A stretch of 64,000 bases of DNA. It comes from Gemmatimonadaceae bacterium (lineage in GTDB: Bacteria; Gemmatimonadota; Gemmatimonadetes; Gemmatimonadales; Gemmatimonadaceae). The position numbers and the translations under genes are program-made. This document shows positions 17,933 through 27,280 of this stretch, one piece after another. The number at the start of each line of letters is the position of its first letter. Position 1 is the stretch's first letter. A model generated the notes under the pieces. That model was not told the origin of the DNA. It made no database searches and saw only the letters and a program-made list of their open reading frames with translations. The stretch covers positions 1 through 64,000 of the forward strand of contig JBGAJQ010000015.1 in assembly GCA_044224875.1 (NCBI GenBank), given 5' to 3'.

Positions 17933-18928
17933 ATGAGCACTTGGCAGTTGTGGCTGACACCAGTCGCAGTCCTGGCCGTGCTGCTGCTGTTTCGATTCGT
18001 CGGGTGCGATCTTGTCTTCCCGCTCGACGATGTCACCTTCGGTCCCTACCCCGAAGAAGTGATGAAGGACGGCCCGATCGCCTACTGGCGTATGCAGGAG
18101 ACCACGCCGACCACCCCGGTCCCCGACGGCGTGGTCAAGTCCGAGACGCCCAATCTCGACGGCGTACTGGCGATTGCCGGGAACCCACTACCTGACGACC
18201 CGGCGATCCTCTCGCCGGCAGCCGATCCGTTGCTGCTGGAGATCGGGGTCACGCCGGGGCTCGTGGCGATGGACCCTGCGGCCACGTGCTTTCGCGTGCG
18301 CGGGGGCCTGGTGGGTGTGCCGCAGCAGCCCGAGCTGAACACGCCGCACTTCACGATCGAAATGCTGGTCCAGCCTGAGTGGGGTGTGACGGACCCACTC
18401 GCCCTCGGGCGCTACTACTGTGTCTTCGAGTCGAGCAATGGGGTCCCGGCAGGGGCGACGGAGTCCAAACGGCTTGGCTTCGCACTCTATGCCGGTCCCG
18501 AAGACCCCTCGTTGCCTAACACGCCGTATCGGTGGCAACTCTGGGTCGGCAATGGAACCGGCTTCGTTCAGGTGAAGGAGCTGGTGCCCGTTCCCAACGC
18601 TGAGAAAGAAGCACCTCTCGTAGTGGCCGTGCCGACCTACGTCGCCGTGACGTTCGATGGGACGCAAGCCTTTCTCTGGGTCTACTCGGCGGATCGCGAC
18701 ATCGAGCACGTGAAGTACGAGTTGCAGCTGCCACCATATGTCCCCAATACCGATGGTGGCCTAACGATCGGGATCACGGGCCCCAGGCGGTCGCTGATCG
18801 CCCCGTTCCCTGGGCCGACCCGCTTGATGTACCCCTTCGCTGGGAAGATCCAGGAAGTCGCCTACTACGACAAGGCACTTCCGGAGCCCCGAATCATTTC
18901 TCACTTGATGAGCGCCTTCAACCAATAG
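17933..18928 (+). CDS. LamG/concanavalin-A-like domain protein with atypical lipoprotein signal
   Basis: N-term hydrophobic stretch ending FRFVGC; PIAYWRMQE, FTIEMLVQP, YVAVTFDG, FAGKIQEVAYYDKAL; GGAGG RBS. Confidence 0.8.
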   Translation: MSTWQLWLTPVAVLAVLLLFRFVGCDLVFPLDDVTFGPYPEEVMKDGPIAYWRMQETTPTTPVPDGVVKSETPNLDGVLAIAGNPLPDDPAILSPAADPLLLEIGVTPGLVAMDPAATCFRVRGGLVGVPQQPELNTPHFTIEMLVQPEWGVTDPLALGRYYCVFESSNGVPAGATESKRLGFALYAGPEDPSLPNTPYRWQLWVGNGTGFVQVKELVPVPNAEKEAPLVVAVPTYVAVTFDGTQAFLWVYSADRDIEHVKYELQLPPYVPNTDGGLTIGITGPRRSLIAPFPGPTRLMYPFAGKIQEVAYYDKALPEPRIISHLMSAFNQ

Positions 18929-18949
18929 CCTCGACCGAGGAGTCCACTC

Positions 18950-19444
18950 ATGCCATCCAGTACCGATTTCTTCCAGGAACTTCAGAAGGCGAATCTCCAT
19001 CTCTCGTCGATCAATGACGATCTCAATGACTTCAAGGAGACGATGGAGTTCAACACCGGGCAGCTCATCGCCATCGGGAATGTCACGAACGGGGCACTGG
19101 TCCATCAGATCAAACAGCTGGACACGGTCATCTGCCTGCTGAAGCAAATCGCCGACAACACCTGCCGGCTGGTGAACGAGTCGCACAAGCAGACCGGGTT
19201 GCAGACGGCGATCGCGTCGGACACCGACACCTTGTCTTCCCTCTACGCCCTGTCGCACGCCGAGGCGGCGCTGGTGCTGCAACGTGAGCAGGCACTGAAG
19301 GCACAGGTGGAGGCGTGCTGTCCGCCCAAGCCGGAGACTCCCGCGTGTCTGCCGCAGAAGTGTCCGGAGCCGGGTGGCTTCGACACCGGGCCGGTGATCC
19401 TGAAGGCGACGCCGAAGCGAAAGTCCGCAAAGGACAAGTCGTGA
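18950..19444 (+). CDS. hypothetical helical protein with Cys/Pro-rich C-terminus (EACCPPKP..C...CPEP)
   Basis: GAGGAG RBS, strong GC3 bias, stop overlaps the lspA-like start (GTGA). Confidence 0.75.
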   Translation: MPSSTDFFQELQKANLHLSSINDDLNDFKETMEFNTGQLIAIGNVTNGALVHQIKQLDTVICLLKQIADNTCRLVNESHKQTGLQTAIASDTDTLSSLYALSHAEAALVLQREQALKAQVEACCPPKPETPACLPQKCPEPGGFDTGPVILKATPKRKSAKDKS

Positions 19445-19872
19445 TCGCTGGGTTGCTGCTGATAGCTGTCGCGGTCGCATTCGCCGCGCTGGATCGCTTG
19501 ACGAAGGCGGTCGTGGCGCGGCGGATGCGCCCCGGTCGTGCACTCACATTCGGCGCGGCATTGCAGCTGCGGCACGTGCGACATCGATTGAATCCGCAGG
19601 TTGTCGATCGACAAAGAGAGTGGCTGATCGCGCTGCTTGCTTGCACTTCGGCGTTCGTGGTGTGGCTTACGATTGCCGGAGCGTTCTTCACCGCGCCGCT
19701 CGCGCGCGTTGGCCTGGCGATCGCGCTGGCGGGGGCGAGCTGCAACTTGTGGGATCGCCTCCGCCATCACGCGTTCGTCGACTTCATCTGTGTCGGCCGT
19801 TGGCCGGCCTTCAACCTGGCCGACATCGGCATCTGCGTTGGCGTGTTGCTCGCACTCATGCAACTTCGTTGA
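19441..19872 (+). CDS. lspA: signal peptidase II family protein (divergent LspA paralog)
   Basis: DRLTK, GASCNLWDR, VDFI, WPAFNLAD catalytic motifs. Confidence 0.8.
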   Translation: MIAGLLLIAVAVAFAALDRLTKAVVARRMRPGRALTFGAALQLRHVRHRLNPQVVDRQREWLIALLACTSAFVVWLTIAGAFFTAPLARVGLAIALAGASCNLWDRLRHHAFVDFICVGRWPAFNLADIGICVGVLLALMQLR

Positions 19873-20039
19873 GGAAGCGAATTGTCTGCTCCGCCAGAAC
19901 GATGGCGAAGTAGCGTGGTGCAGGGCACCAAACGCACCGTTTTGGTACGCCGTGCGATGCGCTGGTGACGCATTGTCACGCAGTGACGGTAGTCTCGGCG
20001 TATGTTCGCTTGCCCGTCCCTGCCCGCCGAGCGTACGCT

Positions 20040-20597
20040 ATGGCCATGCCCAGTTCCCGCAGCTCATGGACCCTCGAGATGGTCCACGCCCTCCCCGACG
20101 ACGGCAATCGGTACGAGCTCATCGATGGGGAACTGTTCGTGACGCCGGGTCCGAGCGTTTCACACCAGGCGGCATCGGTGCGATTGTGGGCGCTACTCGA
20201 CGCCTTCACGAGGTCTCAGGGGCTCATGGCACTCTGCGCTCCGCTCACGGTGAGACTCGCGGGTAGGGGAGAGGTTCAACCCGACCTCGTGGTGTTCGCG
20301 CACACACCGGGAGCGCTGCTCCCGGACGCACTGGAACTCGCGCAACTCCTGCTCGCCGTCGAGATCCTCTCGTCCAGTACGTCGCATCGGGACCGAGGTG
20401 AGAAGCGGGAGCTGTATCAATCGTTCGGTGTGGCGGAGTATTGGGTCGTGGACCAGGCCGCGCAAACGATCGAGCGTTGGCGCCCTAACGACTCTCAACC
20501 AGAGGTCATGCTGGATCTCCTGTTGTGGCAGCCTGCCACCGCGGGTGCTGTGTTGCGAATCGATATCCCGGCATTCTTCCGAAGCGTGAACGGCTGA
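20040..20597 (+). CDS. Uma2 family endonuclease, paralog of 3905-4462
   Basis: WTLEMVHALPDDGNRYELIDGELFVTP identical to the first copy; VQPDL, VEILS, EYWVVD. Confidence 0.9.
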   Translation: MAMPSSRSSWTLEMVHALPDDGNRYELIDGELFVTPGPSVSHQAASVRLWALLDAFTRSQGLMALCAPLTVRLAGRGEVQPDLVVFAHTPGALLPDALELAQLLLAVEILSSSTSHRDRGEKRELYQSFGVAEYWVVDQAAQTIERWRPNDSQPEVMLDLLLWQPATAGAVLRIDIPAFFRSVNG

Positions 20598-20624
20598 GTT
20601 CCTGAAGATTGAGCGGGAGTCTGG

Positions 20625-20729
20625 TCCGCGCACACGATCGATGGTCACGTGCGGAACATCTACACCAAGTTGCACGTGAACAATCGCAGTGGCGCGGTGG
20701 CCAAGGCACTTCGGGAGAACTTGCTCTAG
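20625..20729 (+). pseudogene. C-terminal remnant of a LuxR/NarL-type HTH regulator
   Basis: SAHTIDGHVRNIYTKLHVNNRSGAVAKALRENLL* with no start codon (in-frame TGA at 20610). Confidence 0.75.
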
Positions 20730-20786
20730 TCGTTGCGTTGAGGCCGATGGCGCAGGTCAGCAAGCCACGCGGGATCTCTTGTGTGT

Positions 20787-21272
20787 TTACCGCTTGAGCG
20801 TCCGCCAGTGTTCATATGGGCTGATCGCGCCGATGATCAGTCCTCCACCAAAGCCCACACCACCAGCGATCAGCACATCTCTCCCTTTGTGTTCGTGATC
20901 CGTATCGATGCGGTCGATTGCGACCGCCGCCGCGAATCCGAATCCGCAACCGAATGCATAGGTCAGCGCGCTACGCAGTCGTGATGCTCCTCGACTCTCC
21001 TGCGCCCGTGTGATGCTGCGCGTCGCCACGCTGAACTCGGAGGCGCCGACCGGGCGAATCCAGACGGAGTCGGACGTCGCGCGCATGAATTGACCGACAA
21101 TGACCTGGCGCGAAGGCCAGATCGGCGTCTGTCGTAACGAATCGCGTATCGTCAGCTGCACGCGACTCCCCGCGCGAACATCCGTGAGTGACTGGGCCTG
21201 CGTTGTGGCTGGTCGCGCGCCCGCGATGGCAACCACCAGTAACCATGCGTAACAAGGTCGTAAGACTCGCAT
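20787..21272 (-). CDS. hypothetical exported/membrane protein
   Basis: Signal peptide (..AQS), GSRVQL...G.....DS beta domain, two Gly-rich hydrophobic segments; GAGGA RBS. Confidence 0.65.
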   Translation of the reverse strand: MRVLRPCYAWLLVVAIAGARPATTQAQSLTDVRAGSRVQLTIRDSLRQTPIWPSRQVIVGQFMRATSDSVWIRPVGASEFSVATRSITRAQESRGASRLRSALTYAFGCGFGFAAAVAIDRIDTDHEHKGRDVLIAGGVGFGGGLIIGAISPYEHWRTLKR

Positions 21273-21498
21273 TGGGTCCTCGCTTTCAAACCCGTACGAA
21301 CGTTCAGTATCTACTGCCTTAAGCCCGCATCTATATGAGTAGTGGAGGAAACGTTTGAGCGCCGTCGGGACAGTTGATGAAACCACGTCCTCTGAAAGTC
21401 AGTGGGCGAAAGGTGGACACCGCGTTACCCCATTCGCTCTTGCAGGGCGCCGCCGACGGCCCAAGGTTGGAGGCGTCGGACACGCATGAGGCCGGCCG

Positions 21499-22557
21499 AT
21501 GCTCGGGACACCACGGGTCATTGCGCTCGCTCTTGGAAGACGGCTCGAAGCGTCGATAGGCGCACGCCGCGCACTCTTCGTTGGCGCGAGTTGTCTCTTG
21601 CTCATGGCGTGTGGCGATCCGGCAGCGCCGAGCCCGGTCGTTACGCCAGATCCGGTGTTCACCGACGTCGGTGGGCTGAGTGGCACGTGGGCCATCGCGC
21701 ACGCCATCAACGACTACGGGCGCGTCGTTGGGGAAGCCATCACGGCGCAGGGTGAGCTGCATGCCTTTTCCTGGACCTCCATTGGCGGGGTGCGCGATCT
21801 CGGATCGTTAGGCGGTCCGTATGCCGTCGCTTTTGCCATCAACGGGGCCAGCGACATTGTGGGGTGGGCCACCAATTCCGCCCGAACGCCGCGCGCGTTC
21901 ACGTTCAGCTTTGACCGAGGTATGCGCGAACTGCCCCTGCCGGCCGACGTCCTCTCCAGCGAAGCGTACGACATCAGTGACCATCGGACAGTCATCGGAC
22001 GTTGGCTCGATGCGACGGGGCGGTCCGTCGCCTTCCGCGGAACAGAGGCCGGCGGTTTGAAGGGGCTGACGACACCTTCGCCGCTCGGTGACGCGCGAGC
22101 GACCGGGGTGAACGAGAACGACGAGGTGGCCGGGTACGCTGTGGCGCTCAGCGGGTCGCGTCGCGCGCTCTACTGGTCGGCGACTGGCGTGGCCACCGAA
22201 CTCGGGACCCTAAGTGGCGACGAGGAAAGCGTCGCGTTAGGCATCAACGACGACGGCTACGTCGTGGGTGCGAGCGGTTCCGTTACCGGCCCTCGACGCG
22301 CCTTCCGGTGGAGCCGAACGGAAGGGATGCGCGACCTCGGTGCGTTGCCCGGGATGGACTGGAGCATCGCACGCGCCATCAGCAACAAGGGGCACATCGT
22401 CGGCTCGTCGGGGCGGAACACCGGCAATATCGAGCGGGCGTTCATCTGGAGCGAATCCACCGGGATGAAGGACCTCGGCACCCTGTCGGTCGCCGAGGGT
22501 AGTGGGAGCGCCGCTTATGGCGTCAACTTCGCCGGGAAGGTCGTTGGTGTGAGCTGA
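21499..22557 (+). CDS. HAF-type extracellular repeat lipoprotein
   Basis: LLLMAC lipobox; ~7 repeats of A.AIN..G.VVG.......RAF.W....GM.DLG.L. Confidence 0.85.
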   Translation: MLGTPRVIALALGRRLEASIGARRALFVGASCLLLMACGDPAAPSPVVTPDPVFTDVGGLSGTWAIAHAINDYGRVVGEAITAQGELHAFSWTSIGGVRDLGSLGGPYAVAFAINGASDIVGWATNSARTPRAFTFSFDRGMRELPLPADVLSSEAYDISDHRTVIGRWLDATGRSVAFRGTEAGGLKGLTTPSPLGDARATGVNENDEVAGYAVALSGSRRALYWSATGVATELGTLSGDEESVALGINDDGYVVGASGSVTGPRRAFRWSRTEGMRDLGALPGMDWSIARAISNKGHIVGSSGRNTGNIERAFIWSESTGMKDLGTLSVAEGSGSAAYGVNFAGKVVGVS

Positions 22558-22906
22558 ACGGGGCTGAAGGCACGCGCGGTCATCTTCCCGTGAACGCTAT
22601 TCGGTAGAGCCTTCGACCGACGGCCCTTTCCTTCGCGTCGTCGCCTGTCGCTCCCCTGCGCCCGTAGCTACAGGCGTGTGATTTCTGCTAGGGACGAGGC
22701 TCCACTAGGTACAACGGGCGGATTCACGATGGCACCACGCCGTTTGCGGTGACGGGGTCGTCGCGACATGTTTGCCCGAGAGGCTCTGTTCATTCCGCAG
22801 GGAGGGTCCGCTTCATACTCTCCGTCGCCCAAGAGCGAATCGAGCGCGTTGCCCCACTCACGCCTAGGATTTGCCTGTAGGACTCAACTTGTCTCCTTCA
22901 ACAGGC

Positions 22907-24922
22907 ATGCTAACAGATTTCCGACTCGCCCGAACACGTGTGGGACTCGTCGGGTTGCTCCTGAGCGCAAGCTTTGGATGCCGGGACTCGGCAGGTCCAT
23001 ACGCCGACGGCACTGTCTTGAATCCCGGCGCCGGCAACAGCCTGCAGGTTGCATCGGTGGCCTTCTTCTCGGCGTTCAATGGTCCGGACGCGCTGGCCCT
23101 CGGCGCCGGGTGGCTCGAGGGAAACGAGGTGATGGTCACGACGTGCTGTTCGCCGGCTGGCTTTGAAATTGACCCATCCTTCATTGAGCGCCATCAGGGG
23201 ACGCTGTCGTTTCACTACACAGGGACGACAGCGCGTGCCGGCGATGTCTTCACGACGGCTTTCGCGCGACCGTACGCATACCGCCCACTAGGTGGCTCAG
23301 CGACGCTGCCAGCCTCGCTGTCCTTCACGTTCGAACCTTCCACAGATGAACGCCTCGCGTTTGGCATTGGGTTGATGGACGGGAATCAGGGATTTCGATC
23401 GGACCCTTCGCCGGCTGACCTAACGAACACTGCGGTGCCCTTCGACGGCGTCGGAGTTGAGGTAGGGCGTTCCAGCTGGTTGTCGACGAATTCGACCGTC
23501 TACCTTGCGCGTTACGTCATGGGAGTTCCGACGACCCTTGCGTCCTCGGTCACCAGCCAGCAATTCGAGTCGGGTGAGCGCTACGGCCTCACACTGACAA
23601 TTGCCGGGAATGGCCAGCTTGACGCGGTTGTCACACGCCTCTCCGATGGGTTTCTCCTCGGTCGCGTGACCGCGTCGGGGCCGACGCTCGCCAGCCCGAA
23701 CCAAGTCTTTGTCGTGGACCGGCAAGCCGGGATCAGCTTTGACACACCGACGCCAGGAGAGTATCGGACGCGGTTCGATGATATCGCCGTTGGGTCTCCC
23801 GCCGCTGGATGCGACATCTTCGAGCCAAATGATACGCGGGCGCAGGCGACGACGATCAACACGGGAGTAACGATTGCCACGGCCAAGCTCTGCTCCGGAA
23901 GCGACGTTGACTACTATCGATTGCGCTTCACCACAACGCAGCGGGTGGTTGCCGAACTGACACCGCCTGCCCAGCACGACTACGATTTGGCCCTGCTCGA
24001 TGCATCGGGAAACGTCGTGGTCGCGGCGGCGAATCGCTTTGGTTCCGTCAGTAGCAACGACCTGCGCGAGACGATTGTACTTCAGGCGGCAGCAGGGACC
24101 TATTTCCTGCGCGTCACCGCTTTTAATGACCCGGGCGAGCCGGACGTTCCCTATACGATCGCGTTCCCGCCCGGGATGTTCGCATTTCCTCTCAGCAACA
24201 GAATGGCCGAATCTCCCGGCAACGGTACGCCCGTGGTGGGGGTGGTATCCGTCGTGGACCATTCGCCACCAGCGGTGTCCCCTGGCGTCTACTGTGCAAA
24301 CCAAAGCGTGGTCGACTTCAACGGCGATTCCGGGACCGTGCAAGGCGTTGGTATGCCAGTGACGTTCAAATGCTCGAGCACGGGACAGTCGAACGTGCTC
24401 TGGGCGTATCGAAAGGCGGACTTTACGCCGTTCAAGGTCAATGGACACTATGTAGGGGACGGGGGGCGTGCGGACGAACTCAATTACGATGGACATCCAG
24501 GCTTCGACTTCAAGACCACCGAGGCCGATCAAGACCCCGGTGGCCTGATCCCGGTTCTTGCAGTCGCCGACGGCGTGGTGGAATGCGAATGGAACTCGGC
24601 ACCGAAGTGCCCCGGCGCGAGCGCGGCATCACACCCCTTGGTGATCGATCACGGCAACGGCTACCAGACGATCTACCTGCACCTCGACCAGCTGCAGGTT
24701 GGCGTGCAGAAGGGTTCCATCGTTAGGCGCGGGCAGCAGGTCGGTGTTGCGGGCGCAGCTGGCCCCGTGGCGCCGCATCTGCACTTCGAAGTCAGGCGTT
24801 ACCGCAACCTCATGAACCGTGCAGCGCCCGCGATGGTCGTGGACCCATACGGCTGGCGCTCGACTGCGACGGACGGTCTCGGCCAGGTCACAACGGTGCC
24901 CAGCGTACTCCTCTGGCGCTAA
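22907..24922 (+). CDS. lipoprotein with beta-sandwich region, PPC-like domain and C-terminal M23 peptidase
   Basis: LLLSASFGC lipobox; FEPND...DVDYY...DYDLAL...GTYFLRV; HPGFDF, YLHL, PHLHFEV. Confidence 0.8.
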   Translation: MLTDFRLARTRVGLVGLLLSASFGCRDSAGPYADGTVLNPGAGNSLQVASVAFFSAFNGPDALALGAGWLEGNEVMVTTCCSPAGFEIDPSFIERHQGTLSFHYTGTTARAGDVFTTAFARPYAYRPLGGSATLPASLSFTFEPSTDERLAFGIGLMDGNQGFRSDPSPADLTNTAVPFDGVGVEVGRSSWLSTNSTVYLARYVMGVPTTLASSVTSQQFESGERYGLTLTIAGNGQLDAVVTRLSDGFLLGRVTASGPTLASPNQVFVVDRQAGISFDTPTPGEYRTRFDDIAVGSPAAGCDIFEPNDTRAQATTINTGVTIATAKLCSGSDVDYYRLRFTTTQRVVAELTPPAQHDYDLALLDASGNVVVAAANRFGSVSSNDLRETIVLQAAAGTYFLRVTAFNDPGEPDVPYTIAFPPGMFAFPLSNRMAESPGNGTPVVGVVSVVDHSPPAVSPGVYCANQSVVDFNGDSGTVQGVGMPVTFKCSSTGQSNVLWAYRKADFTPFKVNGHYVGDGGRADELNYDGHPGFDFKTTEADQDPGGLIPVLAVADGVVECEWNSAPKCPGASAASHPLVIDHGNGYQTIYLHLDQLQVGVQKGSIVRRGQQVGVAGAAGPVAPHLHFEVRRYRNLMNRAAPAMVVDPYGWRSTATDGLGQVTTVPSVLLWR

Positions 24923-24964
24923 CTCGCTCGGCTCGGCCGCCACGCGTACCAGCCACCCCTGACG

Positions 24965-25930
24965 TCAGTTCCAGCGCAACCCGCGCAGCTGATCGAGATT
25001 CAGGTTCCCACCTGAGAGCACACCGACCACGCGCGACCCACTCGGCAGCTTCACCAATCCGTGCAGCATCGCCGCCACTGGGGCCGCCGCTGCTCCCTCC
25101 ACCACGAGCTTGCACCGCTCCATGATCCACACCACGGCGTCGAAAATGTCACGGTCGGGTAGGGTCACGATCTCATCGACATAACGCTGAACGACCGAGA
25201 AGTTGATCTCCCCAGCCCGCTTGACGCGGAGCCCGTCGATCACGGTCTTGCAGTCGATCGTCTGGAGCGTACCAGCTTCAACACTGCGGAGCATCGCCGG
25301 CCCATCCGAGGACTCGACGCCAATCACCCGCACTCGCGGATTGTGGCTCTTCACGGCCATCGACACGCCGGCAATGAGCCCACCGCCACCGATCGGCACC
25401 ACGATCGCATCCAGATCCGGCCAGTCCTGTACCACCTCCAGGCCTAACGTCCCTTGCCCGGCAATCAGCTGTTCATCGTCGAACGGATGCACATACGTCA
25501 GCCCCTGCGTGCGCACCAGCTCCTTCGCCTTCTCGTTGGCCTCATCCCAGATGGTGCCGTGCAGCACGACCTCGCCACCGTACGCCTTGGTCGCCGCAAT
25601 CTTCGCCGGAGTCGCGTTCTCAGCCATGCAGATCACGGCACGAATGCCGTGTATGCGCGCGGCCAGCGCGACGCCCTGCGCGTGGTTCCCTGCCGACGAG
25701 CACACGACGCCGCGACGCTTCTCGTCCTCGGACATGAGCGCGAACTTGTTCAATGGTCCACGGATCTTGTATGACCCTACACGCTGAAACAGCTCGGCCT
25801 TCAAGCGCACGTCAAAGCCCGTCAGCTCGTTCAACTGCCGGCTCGTGAGCAGCGGCGTGCGCCTGATGTGAGGGGCGATACGATCGCGCACCTCCTGAAA
25901 GTCCTTCAGCGTCAGTGAGAACATGGTCAC
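24965..25930 (-). CDS. threonine/serine ammonia-lyase (PLP-dependent, catalytic domain only)
   Basis: LKAELFQRVGSYKIRG, SAGNHAQG, HPFDD, PIGGGGL, LSGGN. Confidence 0.92.
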   Translation of the reverse strand: MTMFSLTLKDFQEVRDRIAPHIRRTPLLTSRQLNELTGFDVRLKAELFQRVGSYKIRGPLNKFALMSEDEKRRGVVCSSAGNHAQGVALAARIHGIRAVICMAENATPAKIAATKAYGGEVVLHGTIWDEANEKAKELVRTQGLTYVHPFDDEQLIAGQGTLGLEVVQDWPDLDAIVVPIGGGGLIAGVSMAVKSHNPRVRVIGVESSDGPAMLRSVEAGTLQTIDCKTVIDGLRVKRAGEINFSVVQRYVDEIVTLPDRDIFDAVVWIMERCKLVVEGAAAAPVAAMLHGLVKLPSGSRVVGVLSGGNLNLDQLRGLRWN

Positions 25931-26232
25931 TCGAGGTTAGCGCGTTGGCCGCGATGCAACGGAGAGCGGGTCTTGAGCAGCTCGAAACTACGTAGCGGGC
26001 GTGAGGGCGTGAGGGCGTAGGTAGGCAGCAGCGTGACGAACCGTCGCCAACGTCCCGCCCCGGCGTCCGTCCAGTTCAAACGAGCCGCCCGCAGGCATCG
26101 CCTCGTGGACGCGATCGTGAGGCAGCACCTTGCGGCGCCCGGGTCCGGGTTCAGATTGCCGTATTGTACGTCGGCAATTTATCACGGCCGCCCCCCGCGG
26201 TACCAGAACGGCACGTTTGAACCATCGGATCG

Positions 26233-27270
26233 ATGAACACTCACGGTGAGGCGGAGAGGGGACTCTCCCTGGCCGGTCGCCGGTTGCTGGCGATCGCCGC
26301 GTACTACGTGGCTGTGGCGATCGGCATCCTGATCGCGTGGCGGTACGCGCCAGCCGCCCTCTCCGCGCTGGGCGGCAAGGGCGCGGCGCAGCTGGTGGGG
26401 GCACCGGGCGACGTGGTCTCGCGGTCGGGGCTGCAGTCTGAGGTCCTCGCCCCGCTCGCACCCGCCGCCACGCAAGCGAGCGCAACGCTTGCTGCGTTAG
26501 GCGGGGCATTGGCGACCGCGCTGCCAGTGGCCCTGGTGTATTCCCTGACACGACGCCGGAAGGGCTTTGCCCAGTCGATGGTTCACCTGCTGCTGTTGCT
26601 GCCCATTGCCGTCGCGGGAATGGTCGTGCTCATCCAGCATAGCCTGGCGTTGGCGTTCAGCCTGGCGGGAATCGTCGCCGTGCTGCGTTTTCGCAATTCC
26701 CTCGAGGACGTGAAGGACGGGGTCTTTGTCTTTGTCGCGGTGAGCATCGGGATGTCGGCGGCGGTGGGTGCATTGGCCATCGGACTCGTCACCTCGGCCG
26801 TGTTCAATGCCTGTGTGCTCTTGCTGTGGTGGCTGGACTTTGCGCGACGCGCCACACCCGACGCGCGTGAGGGCTGGCGAAAGTTCGCGCGACTCCCGAA
26901 GGTCGCCGCCCCGTCGACGCCGACGGCGGAGCGCACGGCGGAAGCGCGCGAAGAGGGAGACGCCGTCTTTGCGGAAGCTGCCCGCGCCTGGCGTCGCCAG
27001 CTCCAAATCACGTCCGAATTTCGTGCCGCCACGCCGGCCAAGTCGGCGACGGCACAACTGCACATCCGCTCATCCTCACCGGACGCCACGCGCCAGGCAG
27101 TCGAGCCGATCCTCGGCGCGCGCGCCAAACGGTGGGAGCTGACGGGGGTCGTGCGTGAGGGCGAGACGAGCACGCTCAAGTACCGCGTTCGCATGAAGCG
27201 CAGCGAGCGCGCCGCCTTCCTGGAGACACTCCGCTCGACGCCGACGGTCGACGGCGCAGAATGGCGGTGA
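26233..27270 (+). CDS. DUF4956 domain membrane protein
   Basis: SLALAFSLAGIVAVLRFRNSLEDVKD.VFVF....IG signature. Confidence 0.85.
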   Translation: MNTHGEAERGLSLAGRRLLAIAAYYVAVAIGILIAWRYAPAALSALGGKGAAQLVGAPGDVVSRSGLQSEVLAPLAPAATQASATLAALGGALATALPVALVYSLTRRRKGFAQSMVHLLLLLPIAVAGMVVLIQHSLALAFSLAGIVAVLRFRNSLEDVKDGVFVFVAVSIGMSAAVGALAIGLVTSAVFNACVLLLWWLDFARRATPDAREGWRKFARLPKVAAPSTPTAERTAEAREEGDAVFAEAARAWRRQLQITSEFRAATPAKSATAQLHIRSSSPDATRQAVEPILGARAKRWELTGVVREGETSTLKYRVRMKRSERAAFLETLRSTPTVDGAEWR

Positions 27271-27280
27271 CGGTGTTCAA

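Noticed and set aside
22594..22900. Riboswitch or ncRNA in the larger intergenic gaps (also 25931-26232, 33982-34180)
   Set aside because: No recognisable conserved RNA motif by eye; an Rfam/Infernal scan would be needed
1..24960. Prophage, ICE or IS element as the carrier of the island
   Set aside because: No integrase, transposase, tRNA, terminal repeats or phage structural genes recognised; the left boundary lies outside the window
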